From: an uncultured Spirochaetales bacterium
Lineage (GTDB): Bacteria > Spirochaetota > Spirochaetia > SZUA-6
Assembly: GCA_964596425.1 (NCBI GenBank)
Contig: CAZQTC010000007.1
Location: 10,294-74,293, forward strand
Direction of reading: 5' to 3'
Length of the DNA: 64,000 nt
Shown here one piece after another: positions 49,227-59,383 of the stretch (positions are counted from its first letter, which is position 1; every line of letters begins with the position of its first letter). The notes beneath the pieces are model-generated. The model worked only from the letters and a program-made list of their open reading frames with translations. It was not told where the DNA came from and did not search any database. The position numbers and the translations under genes are program-made.

Positions 49227-51327
49227 AGTCTTCTCTCACCATACTCCTATCTATGTCGGATACTTTCCTAAAATCAATATTCTTAGGCGGGGGATACTTT
49301 CTTCTTACCTCTTCCCTTATTGCCTCAGTTACGATTCCCCCTAACCGGGCGGAGAGTTTCTTCTCCCACATTCCAAACCATAGGTCAGTAAGTTCCGTTT
49401 CACCCTCCCTAATACAGGCAAACTCACCCTTTAATATTTCCTCCAATGTATTAAAATCATCCTTTTCATAAGCTATTCTAGCCCTAACAATTCGCACTCT
49501 ATCCAGCCTTTTTATTTCTTCAGGCAAATTTTCATATACAGTAAGAGATTCATCATACATCCCACACCTATTCAAAATTTCCAAATATTCCTCTGCTATT
49601 CCTGGTTCCAATATACCATCCTCCACGGCCTTTTCCCAGGCCTTCCCAAGGTAGGTGCGTGCCAATAAGGTATTATTATCTCTCAGGGCTAACTGCCCAA
49701 GATTTCGAAAAACCCAACATGAGGCTTCCAAACGAATAGACTCCTCCCATACCTTTCTAGCCCCTACTTTATCACCATTCTCCATAAGCATAACACCATA
49801 GTGAAGAAGTGAATACCAGTTCCTCTCCCTCTCAAGGGATTTCTCCAGCAGGGGAAGCCATTCACTTTGAACCATCCACGAATCCGGGACCTCGTTCGTA
49901 TTTTTCCTTGGCAAAATCCCACTCTTTAGCAATTCCAGCCAGGGTTTCTCCTCTTTACCCATCGAATCTTCGGGGAAATTAAGGGAAACAGGAACCCTAC
50001 CAACAACCCCTTCTCTTTTACATCTCTCTATCTCCAGGGCTCCCCACCCACTTCCAACATGCAAAATTTCCACAGGTTTAAAAAGTGCATATCTGCTAAG
50101 TTGCTCATTAAAAGAGCGCAAAACTGTAGGTTTAATAGTAGATTCCAGGGAATTAGTGACACCATGAACAACCTCTCCCCAATCATTCGAATGAGCAATT
50201 TTAGGATCAGTTTTTATCGAGCCAAAAAGTTCGGTCCATTCCCAGACATCTCCCCTCTTCATAGGAACACTATGCTGTTGAGTTTTTCCAAAACCCGCCT
50301 GTAACTCTATATAAGCCTCTCCCTCTCGAGAAAGAAACTCTTTCCAATGCCTTCCTCCCTGATGCATTCCGAAACAGAACATTTTCCTAACCGGAAAATT
50401 TTTAGTAGAAATTTCAATAAACCCCCTCCCATCTCCCTCTATCGCAGCCCCCCACGGCATCTCTACACCCTGACACTGGTAATAGATTTCACTGGAGAAG
50501 TCGTAGTTGCTCGGGTAGGTGGCATCCTTTCCATCGAGGGAGGGAATATAAGGAAGCCGCGATTTCCCATAACCATAGCTATCGTAATAATTTTTCTCCC
50601 TACGCTTACCGGATGTAGAAGATCTCATATAAATCACTTCCTCCGCCGGAGCAATCACGCGAGTACTCTTACGTTCAGGAAGGGCAATGTTAGTCCACCA
50701 ATACATAGGCAACTCTCTACCAGTAGTATTCTCTATCCTTATATGACAGAAAAGATACCGGGACTCCATGGGAAGATGAAGATCAACCTGCCAAAAAAGT
50801 CCCTTCCTCCTCTCATATTCATAAATTCTTATACCTACAGAGTCCTCCCATGAGTGTATCCGCGCTACGTACACAGATGAACAGGTAAAATAAGAGTGCC
50901 CCAACTGCCCTATATTCCATTCAATACCACCGGCAAACCACGCATTTCGCAGGGCAAGATTTCCAAACCGAATATACGGATTTCTAAACAGTAGCTCTCT
51001 CTCCTCTTTCTTATCGTACAACGAATGAACTCTAGCCCCAAGCTGGGGTAATACCTCAACCCTAAGATGATCATTCTCTAAAATAACGGTTTTTAATTTT
51101 CTCCTACTCATCTTCCGGGTATATCTATCCTGCATTCTATAGGGGAGAACCTTCCTCCCGTTATCCCAACCAAGATAACGGATATCTTCCTCATTCATGC
51201 TCTCATCAACGGGAACCTTTAAATCCTGAACCTCATCGCTAAAAAAAGGAAGAGGATTTTCACCCCCAAGATACGCAATATCGTACAGCTTATCCTTCAC
51301 GTATAACTCCGTTTCCATTACAGCCAC
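49219..51327 (-). CDS. Large uncharacterised protein (DUF5107-like N-terminal region + C-terminal TPR-like helical repeats), embedded in a sugar ABC operon
   Basis: 702 aa with no signal peptide. N-terminal ~450 aa has a beta-rich composition with conserved-looking blocks (FRNPYIRFGNLALRNAWFAGGIEWN). The C-terminal ~250 aa are helical and TPR-like. The family assignment is from memory only. Confidence 0.45.
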   Translation of the reverse strand: MAVMETELYVKDKLYDIAYLGGENPLPFFSDEVQDLKVPVDESMNEEDIRYLGWDNGRKVLPYRMQDRYTRKMSRRKLKTVILENDHLRVEVLPQLGARVHSLYDKKEERELLFRNPYIRFGNLALRNAWFAGGIEWNIGQLGHSYFTCSSVYVARIHSWEDSVGIRIYEYERRKGLFWQVDLHLPMESRYLFCHIRIENTTGRELPMYWWTNIALPERKSTRVIAPAEEVIYMRSSTSGKRREKNYYDSYGYGKSRLPYIPSLDGKDATYPSNYDFSSEIYYQCQGVEMPWGAAIEGDGRGFIEISTKNFPVRKMFCFGMHQGGRHWKEFLSREGEAYIELQAGFGKTQQHSVPMKRGDVWEWTELFGSIKTDPKIAHSNDWGEVVHGVTNSLESTIKPTVLRSFNEQLSRYALFKPVEILHVGSGWGALEIERCKREGVVGRVPVSLNFPEDSMGKEEKPWLELLKSGILPRKNTNEVPDSWMVQSEWLPLLEKSLERERNWYSLLHYGVMLMENGDKVGARKVWEESIRLEASCWVFRNLGQLALRDNNTLLARTYLGKAWEKAVEDGILEPGIAEEYLEILNRCGMYDESLTVYENLPEEIKRLDRVRIVRARIAYEKDDFNTLEEILKGEFACIREGETELTDLWFGMWEKKLSARLGGIVTEAIREEVRRKYPPPKNIDFRKVSDIDRSMVREDYE

Positions 51328-51352
51328 GACTCCTCTCTAACTCATCTAGTCT

Positions 51353-52198
51353 CTAACCCTTTATGGCGCCGGCAGTAACACCCTGAATTATCTTTTCCGA
51401 AAGCAACACATATAGAACCACCGTTGGCATAAAAACAGTAACAACAGCAGCGAACATTCCTGCCCAATCCCCAACGTAACGCATCGATTGAATCATTGAA
51501 AACAAACCAACAGCTACAGGTCGAAGTGCCGATTTGGTAGCAAATATTAACGCCATAAAGTACTCATTCCACAGGGTAATAAAATCAAATATTACCACTG
51601 TAATTATTCCAGATTGTGCAAGCGGAAACATAATGATCCAGAAGGTCTTTATAGGGCCACATCCGTCGATAGCAGCAGCCTCTTCCAGGGTACTGGGGAG
51701 TGTGGAGAAAAAACTAATGAGGAAGAAAACAGTGAAGGGAACAGAAATACATATATAGAGAATTATTAAAACCCATCTGGTATTGGTTATTCTTAACACG
51801 GAGGCAAGTGAAAAGAGGGGTAAGATTATCATAATCTGTGGTATACCCATCGCCAAAACAAACATATTCCTTATAAACATGTTTCCAAAGAACCTAAACC
51901 TTGCAAGTACATAGGCTGCCGGAGCAGCAATCATAACTATCCCTATAAGCGAGGTAGAGGTGTATATTATACTGTTGGTAAAGTAAACAAGTAAATTATT
52001 ACCTATCAGAGCTCTTACGTAATTATCAAAATGAATTCCCGTTTTAAAAAGGGTATTGGTAAATATTTCCCGCGTCGTGGAAAGAGACGCCCCGATAACC
52101 CATCCGAATAACACAGCGGTAAAAGCTACCCACAAAATCAGCAGTAAATATCCGGGGGTCATCCTAAATATTTTTAAAACTTTCGCTTTATTTCTCAT
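51353..52198 (-). CDS. Sugar ABC transporter permease (MalG-like)
   Basis: Six TM helices. EAA loop IDGCGPIKTFWIIMFPLAQSG. Confidence 0.85.
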   Translation of the reverse strand: MRNKAKVLKIFRMTPGYLLLILWVAFTAVLFGWVIGASLSTTREIFTNTLFKTGIHFDNYVRALIGNNLLVYFTNSIIYTSTSLIGIVMIAAPAAYVLARFRFFGNMFIRNMFVLAMGIPQIMIILPLFSLASVLRITNTRWVLIILYICISVPFTVFFLISFFSTLPSTLEEAAAIDGCGPIKTFWIIMFPLAQSGIITVVIFDFITLWNEYFMALIFATKSALRPVAVGLFSMIQSMRYVGDWAGMFAAVVTVFMPTVVLYVLLSEKIIQGVTAGAIKG

Positions 52199-52210
52199 CT
52201 TGCACCACTC

Positions 52211-53152
52211 TCAATATTCAAGACGTTCTCCCTCCGGAAGGAGATAATTCACCATACCGAAAACAATCAAAACGAGTATTGTCATAAAAACACCAACTGC
52301 CGCTCCTGCCCCGGCATTTATCAATTCGGGATTAGTAACCACCATAGAACGGCCAAAAGTAATATTATACATATACACCATAGGCGTAATCGTTCCCACC
52401 TCAGGATCAAAGGGGGAGAACATCATGGACCATACAAAAAAGGCAATAGCAGCTATCGACCATATAACTATACCGGTCTTTATAACCCCCAACATCAGCG
52501 GCATGGTAATGCGTGTAAACTTCTTATACACCCCCGCTCCCTCTATGGTCGCTGCCTCATAAAAATCAGTTGGAATCTTTTCTATACCCGCCATAAAAAT
52601 GAGAACAAAGTACCCAACCGAACCAAAACTGTACGCTATTGTCATAGCCAAAAGTTCATGCTCCGGGGCTGTCCACTGAAAACCAGCCAGTTTATTCAAC
52701 CCCAGTGCTCCAAATATCGTATGGAAAAGCCCATATTTATTGTTGAAGGCAAAATGAATCCACATTGTAGCCATTGCAATCGCTGTTATTACATTTGGAA
52801 GATACAGGACAGCCCTAAAAAAAGATTTACCCTTAACCCCAGAGGTAAGAACTACAGAGAAAACCATAGCAGCAAAGAAGACTCCCACCCCTCCGAAAAA
52901 CCATATATAAAAAATATTATAGAGGGATCTCAAAAACATTTTACTATTTAATATCACTTTATAATTCTTTAATCCCACAAACTGCCACTGGCTCATGGCC
53001 GTCGTAACGTGTTTCACGTAGAAAAAACTCATCAGAACCGTACGAACCGATGGATAGAGAAATACAAGTAAATAGCTCAGGATGGCTGGTGTTAAAAAAG
53101 TAATTATCATTACCCTTTTTGCCCTCATTTTTCCTCCCAAAAAAATACCCAA
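52211..53152 (-). CDS. Sugar ABC transporter permease (MalF-like)
   Basis: Six TM helices. EAA loop IEGAGVYKKFTRITMPLMLGV. The start is possibly at the internal Met at 53128. Confidence 0.85.
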   Translation of the reverse strand: MGIFLGGKMRAKRVMIITFLTPAILSYLLVFLYPSVRTVLMSFFYVKHVTTAMSQWQFVGLKNYKVILNSKMFLRSLYNIFYIWFFGGVGVFFAAMVFSVVLTSGVKGKSFFRAVLYLPNVITAIAMATMWIHFAFNNKYGLFHTIFGALGLNKLAGFQWTAPEHELLAMTIAYSFGSVGYFVLIFMAGIEKIPTDFYEAATIEGAGVYKKFTRITMPLMLGVIKTGIVIWSIAAIAFFVWSMMFSPFDPEVGTITPMVYMYNITFGRSMVVTNPELINAGAGAAVGVFMTILVLIVFGMVNYLLPEGERLEY

Positions 53153-53208
53153 TATACAAAAACAAGGTGATGGATATCCACCACGGCATCCATCACCCTA
53201 CTATTAAC

Positions 53209-54516
53209 CTACTTCTGAATATTTGCCTTTATTGCGGAAACAAACTCTGTTGCATTTATCTTACCCGCAACTAAATCGATAAATTCTTTTTTGATAACCG
53301 GAAAGAGATCCGGATTAGCCGCAAGTCCCCCACTCCAAGGATAGATTTTTTTGAGCGACATAAATATCGCCTTATCATCAGCGAGCTGCTTGGGCCATCC
53401 AGCACTAAGATCCATCGGGATACTCATCGTGTCCTTGGCAAGCTTGTTAGCCCATTTGCCTGTGGTAAGAAAAGCTATAAGATCAAAGGCAACATCCGGG
53501 TTCTTGCATTTTTTATTGATTTGAAAGGATTGAGAGCCAAATGTACCTCCACTCCCATTATCCTTTCCATTATTTACAAGTGGATAGGCAAACTCACCCC
53601 AGGGAAAGTTGGTACCAGCAGTCGCCCTAACCTCATTAGGAAGCCAACTACCGTTCTGCAGATATATAGCAACCTGTCCCGTTGCAAGTTCCTGTTGGCC
53701 AGCAGGATACTTATTGGTAGGAACCTGAGAAGAAAAGTATCCTTTGGAGGCCAGCATCTCATAATCTTTAGCAGTCTGAAGCACCCGCGGATCATCCCAT
53801 AGCTTTCCCGTCTTATCCTTTACAAGCTTCTCAACAGGTTTGTAATCCCCATACAGTCTATCGAGATGTATAGCAAGAGGCAAATCAGCATACGCATCAT
53901 CAAAAGTAATGGGGGTAATACCCGCCGCTTTTAGTTTGGCACAGGCTGTAACAAACTCACTCCACTTTACACCTACGGGGGGAAGACTTACCCCTGCCTT
54001 TTTAAAGAGATCTTTGTTATAAAATACAGAAACAACATACGGTTGTTCGGGGGCTGCATAGAGTGCTCCATCTGTCGAGTAAGTCTTGATAAGATTGTAG
54101 AGTACAGGGATAACAGCATCTTTGTATGCCTTACCACCAGTTGTTGGATAACTCTTATCAAAATAGGAATCAAGCTTAAGGGCATAATTCTGCCAATTTT
54201 TAACCGCATACTCAGGATCTTGCTCCCAGATATCAATTTTAGTACCAGCATCCAATGCCGGTTGCAAGGTTTTCCTGATTTCTCTTCCATTCCACTGGAT
54301 AGAGACTTTTACCCGCGGATGCTTGGCCATATAATCTTTAACAGCCTCCTTATACACCTTTGCTTGAGGCTCCGTCTCATTCCACATAGACCACCAAACC
54401 AACTTAATCGTTGGGACCTTCGTCCCGGCTGTTTCCTGTTTGCCACCCGCAAACACGGATCCACAGGACAAAGCAAATAAAATTAATACAGACCATACAA
54501 CAATCCTACTTCTCAT
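53209..54516 (-). CDS. Sugar ABC transporter substrate-binding protein (SBP family 1)
   Basis: Signal peptide ending CGSVFAGGKQETAG (lipobox-like LSCG). It is the first gene of the SBP / permease / permease / DUF5107-like / ROK operon. Confidence 0.85.
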   Translation of the reverse strand: MRSRIVVWSVLILFALSCGSVFAGGKQETAGTKVPTIKLVWWSMWNETEPQAKVYKEAVKDYMAKHPRVKVSIQWNGREIRKTLQPALDAGTKIDIWEQDPEYAVKNWQNYALKLDSYFDKSYPTTGGKAYKDAVIPVLYNLIKTYSTDGALYAAPEQPYVVSVFYNKDLFKKAGVSLPPVGVKWSEFVTACAKLKAAGITPITFDDAYADLPLAIHLDRLYGDYKPVEKLVKDKTGKLWDDPRVLQTAKDYEMLASKGYFSSQVPTNKYPAGQQELATGQVAIYLQNGSWLPNEVRATAGTNFPWGEFAYPLVNNGKDNGSGGTFGSQSFQINKKCKNPDVAFDLIAFLTTGKWANKLAKDTMSIPMDLSAGWPKQLADDKAIFMSLKKIYPWSGGLAANPDLFPVIKKEFIDLVAGKINATEFVSAIKANIQK

Positions 54517-54652
54517 TTTACTCTCCTTTCCAAGGTTTTAATAACTCCACCATAAACTAAAAAATATATAATGTCAAGCAAACTTTATAAAAATTTTTAA
54601 TAATAGAGCACAAAATAATAAAATAAAAATAAAAGTTCCGCGGATACATATC

Positions 54653-55630
54653 TTACAGAGAGAGTCTTTCTCTCCTTTTCGCCGATTCAATCTCTCTAAG
54701 ACACAACTTAACAGACTCAGCCGCCTCCTTGGGTGTCACAATCTCAGAGTTATCGCGTTTTTCCACAGCCTCCACAAAAGCCTTAAGCTCATAGTAATAG
54801 CCGTCTCCGTCCTCCAACTCTACGGGATAAGCCTCTTTCCCCTCGGGGAATACTTTAACCACATCTTGTTTAGAAAAATCCAACTCCACAGTAGCTTCTT
54901 CCATTACAAAAAAAGCTCGCATATTAAAACCAAAACTCTTAGCACATATCCACCCTCCGGTTGCCTGTACCACCATATCTTCATAATCATAGACAGTTGA
55001 TATGTGAGAAATACTTCCGTCCCGCTCAAAAACTCCTCTCGAGAACACCCCCTCAGGTTTACCAAAGAGATGCAAAACCATATCCACATCATGAATATGA
55101 AGATCTAAAGCAGCATTACCCGATTTCTTTCCATCAAACACCCACCCCTCAGATGTCCATACCGGAGGTTGTGAGAAACGAGCAAACTCAGCATACCTCA
55201 CCCTACCAAGAGAATCACTATCTATAAGTTTCTTCACCGCTACATAGGCCGGCCAATAACGTAAGCACTGTCCCACACCAAATAGTCTACCGGTCCTCTC
55301 CGCCGCTTTGATTATCAAATCCGCATCATCAAGAGTCCCGGCAAGAGGTTTTTCACAAAAAACATCGTAACCTCCTTCCATTGCCATAACAGAGGTCTGA
55401 GCATGAAGATGCGTTGGCAAACATATATCCACAAAATCGAATCCCCCACTCTTAAGCATCTCATTATAGTCAGTAAATTTCTCTATATCCTTCGTACCCT
55501 CAATATGGAGAGCCTCCCCATTAGTATCACACAGAGCAGAAACCCTCACCTTATTCCCTAATTTCTCTGTATACACATTAAAATGCATTTTCCCCATAAA
55601 CCCCATCCCAACAATTGCAACTCTTACCAT
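54653..55630 (-). CDS. Gfo/Idh/MocA-family NAD(P)-dependent oxidoreductase
   Basis: N-terminal Rossmann motif VAIVGMGFMGKMH, and a C-terminal alpha/beta dimerisation domain. Confidence 0.85.
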   Translation of the reverse strand: MVRVAIVGMGFMGKMHFNVYTEKLGNKVRVSALCDTNGEALHIEGTKDIEKFTDYNEMLKSGGFDFVDICLPTHLHAQTSVMAMEGGYDVFCEKPLAGTLDDADLIIKAAERTGRLFGVGQCLRYWPAYVAVKKLIDSDSLGRVRYAEFARFSQPPVWTSEGWVFDGKKSGNAALDLHIHDVDMVLHLFGKPEGVFSRGVFERDGSISHISTVYDYEDMVVQATGGWICAKSFGFNMRAFFVMEEATVELDFSKQDVVKVFPEGKEAYPVELEDGDGYYYELKAFVEAVEKRDNSEIVTPKEAAESVKLCLREIESAKRRERLSL

Positions 55631-55802
55631 TTTTTAACCTCTCCTCCACAGCTTAAAATTTAAAAATTAAGGTTGAACCTTACTCCCTGCCCATTATACT
55701 GAAAGGAGTAGTATATTGAAAAGTATCTAGTAGAAGAGCTATCAAATGCGTAATTTGAGAGCAAATCATCACTGGAGAACTAACACCAAGGGAGAACAAA
55801 CA

Positions 55803-56993
55803 ATGAACATACTGGGAGATTTCGAAACCTTACTCAACAAGCAATTTGGTCATCGTCCAAGTCTCTCTTTTCTCTTATCCAACTTTGATAGTATCGAAAA
55901 GTGGAAAGAGAAGGCAAGGCTCAAGGTAAAGGAACTTCTGGCAAGCCCCAGCAATGTACATCCCTCAAATCCCAGGGTTGTTAATAAGATTACATATGAG
56001 GGCCTAGAAATAGAAACTATCAGATGGAAACTCCCATACGGACCAGAAGCAGAGGCTTTTTTCCTTAAGCCGGAGGGAGAAAAAGGCCCTCTGCCAGGGA
56101 TTATTGCAATGCACGACCACGGATCATTCAAATACTATGGGAAGGAAAAAATAACCCGCACAGGGAAAAACATGCACCATCTACTGATAAAGCATCAAGA
56201 AAAATACTACCAGGGGAAAGCCTGGGCGAATGAGATTGCAAAGCTTGGATTTGGAGTCCTAGTGCCGGATGTGTTTACATTTGGGAGCAGAAGAATTGAT
56301 TTCAGTAAAACACCAAAAAACATGTTAGAATCCCTTCCCCTTCCAAAAAACACCCTTTCAAACAACCTGAAAACAAACAATAAGCGCAACGACAAAACTA
56401 GCAGAACAATTCCACCCCCTCGTGCAGTTGAGAATTACAATGCCATAGCCAGAGAGCACGAACATGTAATAGCGAAATCTCTATTCTCTGCAGGAACAAC
56501 TTGGCCGGGTGTCTTTGTAGCGGAGGATATGGCGGCTCTGGACTATCTAACCACTCGACAGGATATAGACAACAATAGGATAGGCTGTTGTGGTCTCTCA
56601 GGTGGAGGACTAAGAACAGATTTTCTCGCAGGGCTTGATGAGAGAATAAAATGCTCTGTAACGGTGGGCTTCATGTCCACGTGGAGAGATTTTGCATTTA
56701 ATATAGCTCACAAACATACATGGATGACCTACCTCCCCCACCTCCCCCGGTATCTGGATTTCCCGGAAATACTGGGGCTACGGGCACCCCTTCCCACTAT
56801 GGTACTCGCCACAACGGAAGACCCCCTCTACAGTCTATCCGAGGTAAGAGAGGCGGAGAAAGAACTATTTTCAATATACGAGAGAGCCGGAGCACCGGAA
56901 TGCTTTCGTTTTAGCTATTACGATGGTCCTCATTACTTTAATCTAGCAATGCAGGAAGAAGCTTTTAAATGGTTTAAGAGGTGGTTACTGTAA
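55803..56993 (+). CDS. Alpha/beta-hydrolase-fold esterase (dienelactone-hydrolase / acetyl-esterase-like)
   Basis: Nucleophile elbow GLSGGG in the IGCCGLSGGGL context, and an upstream HDHG oxyanion-like region. The start is moved to the internal Met MNILGDF, so the N-terminal 19 codons are probably not translated. Confidence 0.55.
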   Translation: MNILGDFETLLNKQFGHRPSLSFLLSNFDSIEKWKEKARLKVKELLASPSNVHPSNPRVVNKITYEGLEIETIRWKLPYGPEAEAFFLKPEGEKGPLPGIIAMHDHGSFKYYGKEKITRTGKNMHHLLIKHQEKYYQGKAWANEIAKLGFGVLVPDVFTFGSRRIDFSKTPKNMLESLPLPKNTLSNNLKTNNKRNDKTSRTIPPPRAVENYNAIAREHEHVIAKSLFSAGTTWPGVFVAEDMAALDYLTTRQDIDNNRIGCCGLSGGGLRTDFLAGLDERIKCSVTVGFMSTWRDFAFNIAHKHTWMTYLPHLPRYLDFPEILGLRAPLPTMVLATTEDPLYSLSEVREAEKELFSIYERAGAPECFRFSYYDGPHYFNLAMQEEAFKWFKRWLL

Positions 56994-57089
56994 TACCGGA
57001 TTCTTCTAAAAAGCGCAAATTTAAAGGAGTATACCAGTCAAAAAGAGAAACATTTGCAAACATAAAACAGAACCATTATAGTAATAAAT

Positions 57090-57992
57090 ATGCGGAGAAG
57101 AGATTTTATAAAAATCCTAAGCTCCGGGATACTCTACTTTGCCGCAAGAGAGATTTTCCCCATAGGTTTATCCACACGTTACGAGGTCTCTCGAATAAAG
57201 AGCAAAAATACCGAAAGAGCAGTTAAAAAAGCTATAGAGCTTGTAGGTGGGATAAATCGATTCGTTAAGCCAGGTGATATAGTTGTTGTAAAACCCAACA
57301 TAGGGTGGAACACTCCACCGCAACTAAAGGCCGATACGGATCCCATAGTGGTAAGAACCATAGTTCATCTATCCTTTCAAGCCCTGGCCTCCAAGGTGTA
57401 TGTATTCGACAGGACCTGTAGTAATCCGAGGCTAGCCTACAGGAACTCGGGAATAGCAAGGGCTGCAGAAGAGGCAGGAGCAAAGGTCCTATACGTTAAT
57501 CGGGTAAGCTCACGGTTATACAAAAAGATAAGAATACCGGAGGGGCGGTTTTTAAGGGAGAGTTTAATCAACAAATACATTCTCGAAAGCGACGTTTTTA
57601 TTGACGTTCCCGTAGCCAAAAATCATGCCTCGGCAATCCTAACATTGGGAATGAAAAATTTGATGGGTATCACAGGCGACAACAGACAGAAGTGGCACTG
57701 GAAGCTTCATGAGGCAATCTCGGACATAAATACGGCAATAAAACCGAATCTAACTGTGATTGACGCCACAAAAATAATGCTTAAAAACGGACCTACCGGG
57801 GGGAGTATGGCATACCTTAAAGAGACTGACATCATAATTGCATCATCCAATGTACTAAGTGCGGATAGTGAAGCAACAAAGCTCTTTGGGCTCAGAGCGG
57901 AGAATATTCCCTATATGAAACTAGGAGCCGAAAAAGGGGTGGGAAAAATATCCGGATATACGATCGGAGCACGTTCACTTGAGGGTTTTTAA
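57090..57992 (+). CDS. DUF362-domain protein with twin-arginine (Tat) signal peptide
   Basis: The N-terminus MRRRDFIKILSSGILYFAA matches the RRxFLK Tat motif. The DUF362 hallmark IVVVKPNIGW is present. No cysteine cluster is obvious. Confidence 0.65.
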   Translation: MRRRDFIKILSSGILYFAAREIFPIGLSTRYEVSRIKSKNTERAVKKAIELVGGINRFVKPGDIVVVKPNIGWNTPPQLKADTDPIVVRTIVHLSFQALASKVYVFDRTCSNPRLAYRNSGIARAAEEAGAKVLYVNRVSSRLYKKIRIPEGRFLRESLINKYILESDVFIDVPVAKNHASAILTLGMKNLMGITGDNRQKWHWKLHEAISDINTAIKPNLTVIDATKIMLKNGPTGGSMAYLKETDIIIASSNVLSADSEATKLFGLRAENIPYMKLGAEKGVGKISGYTIGARSLEGF

Positions 57993-59379
57993 ATTACTAA
58001 AATATCTGCTATTTATCTTCTCCGGTTCTTTCCTCGCCCTATTTACCTACATATTCATTCGTTCTCTCGATCCGTTTTCACTTGTAACAAACTATTTTCT
58101 TCGCTTTGATCCCCTTATCTTCCTAACAAATATAAAAAACGACCCACTTACCATAGGAATCATTTCACTCATCTTCGTCTTAACGCTTCTATTAGGAAGA
58201 TTCTTTTGCGGATGGATCTGTCCCATGGGCACACTGATTGAGATAATAGACTTCATCACCCGGATTATTCCCTTTGGCAGCGCACTTTTTAGAACGAAAA
58301 AAAACCAGCCCCTTAATTTCACGTTTATTAGACATTCCCCTTCCCTCTTTATACTTGCCGTAATAGCACCAACTATTTTCTTTATGCCACCGGTACTTCA
58401 ATTTTTCCATCCCAACATATGGATAGTAAGAATATTTTCTCTCTCCCTCTCAGGAATAATTTTCTTAGCACCACTTATAGTAACATCTCTGATATCGAGA
58501 AGATTCTGGTGTCGTTACATATGTCCCCTCGGTGCTCTCTACGGGCTAATTGCTAAATTTTCCATATTTTCACTAAAAATCAAATCATGCTCCCACTGCA
58601 CACGTTGCAATGCATGCCCAATGGGAGCGGCGAATTATAAAACCGGGGAAATTATCAAAAGCCAATGCATCCTTTGCTTCGAGTACGAATACTCATGTCC
58701 CACCAGAGGATTTGAATACAGCCTCCACACCCTACCACCAAACCTACCAAAGCCAGCATTCCAAACTTATAGCCCTTCAAGGAGAAACTTCTTAAGACAA
58801 TTCTCAACCCTCGTAGGTGGATTAGCAATAGGTAGCATCCTATCCACCATTGAAACCAGAACACGGACAAAACTACTCAGGCCTCCTGGAGTAGTCGACG
58901 AGACAGAATTTATAGAGAGGTGTCTTAGATGTTTTCAATGTGTCCGCTCATGCCCAAACAAAATAATAAAGATAACAGGAGTCGAGGCAGGATTTTCAAA
59001 CTTTCTAACACCCCATCTCTCCTTCGAGGAATACGGTTGCGATTACTACTGTCAGGTCTGCCAAACCGTATGTCCCAATGGAGCAATTCCGCTTCAAAGT
59101 CTCAAATTAAAACAGATCACCCCAATTGGCAAGGCTAAAATAGATACCTCTCTCTGCGTAGTATACAAAAAGGCTACAAATTGCCTCGTATGCGAAGAGT
59201 TTTGTCCGATACCCGAGAAAGCTATAGTACCAATAGAAAAGAGAGTAACAAAGGACAAAAAATCAATCACACTTCGATACCCTCTTGTTATCACCTCCAG
59301 GTGTAACGGTTGTGGAATTTGCGAAGCAAACTGTCCGGTAACCCCCAAAGCCATACAGGTTTTCAAAAAACCTATCTAA
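57979..59379 (+). CDS. NapH/MauN-like integral-membrane polyferredoxin (4 TM with two CxxCP motifs + four to five 4Fe-4S cluster motifs)
   Basis: Membrane CGWICPMGTL and CRYICPLGALYG motifs. Cytoplasmic or periplasmic CxxCxxCxxxCP motifs: CSHCTRCNACP, CLRCFQCVRSCP, CQVCQTVCP, CLVCEEFCP, CNGCGICEANCP. It overlaps the DUF362 gene by 14 bp. Confidence 0.75.
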   Translation: MRVFKLLKYLLFIFSGSFLALFTYIFIRSLDPFSLVTNYFLRFDPLIFLTNIKNDPLTIGIISLIFVLTLLLGRFFCGWICPMGTLIEIIDFITRIIPFGSALFRTKKNQPLNFTFIRHSPSLFILAVIAPTIFFMPPVLQFFHPNIWIVRIFSLSLSGIIFLAPLIVTSLISRRFWCRYICPLGALYGLIAKFSIFSLKIKSCSHCTRCNACPMGAANYKTGEIIKSQCILCFEYEYSCPTRGFEYSLHTLPPNLPKPAFQTYSPSRRNFLRQFSTLVGGLAIGSILSTIETRTRTKLLRPPGVVDETEFIERCLRCFQCVRSCPNKIIKITGVEAGFSNFLTPHLSFEEYGCDYYCQVCQTVCPNGAIPLQSLKLKQITPIGKAKIDTSLCVVYKKATNCLVCEEFCPIPEKAIVPIEKRVTKDKKSITLRYPLVITSRCNGCGICEANCPVTPKAIQVFKKPI

Positions 59380-59383
59380 AACT

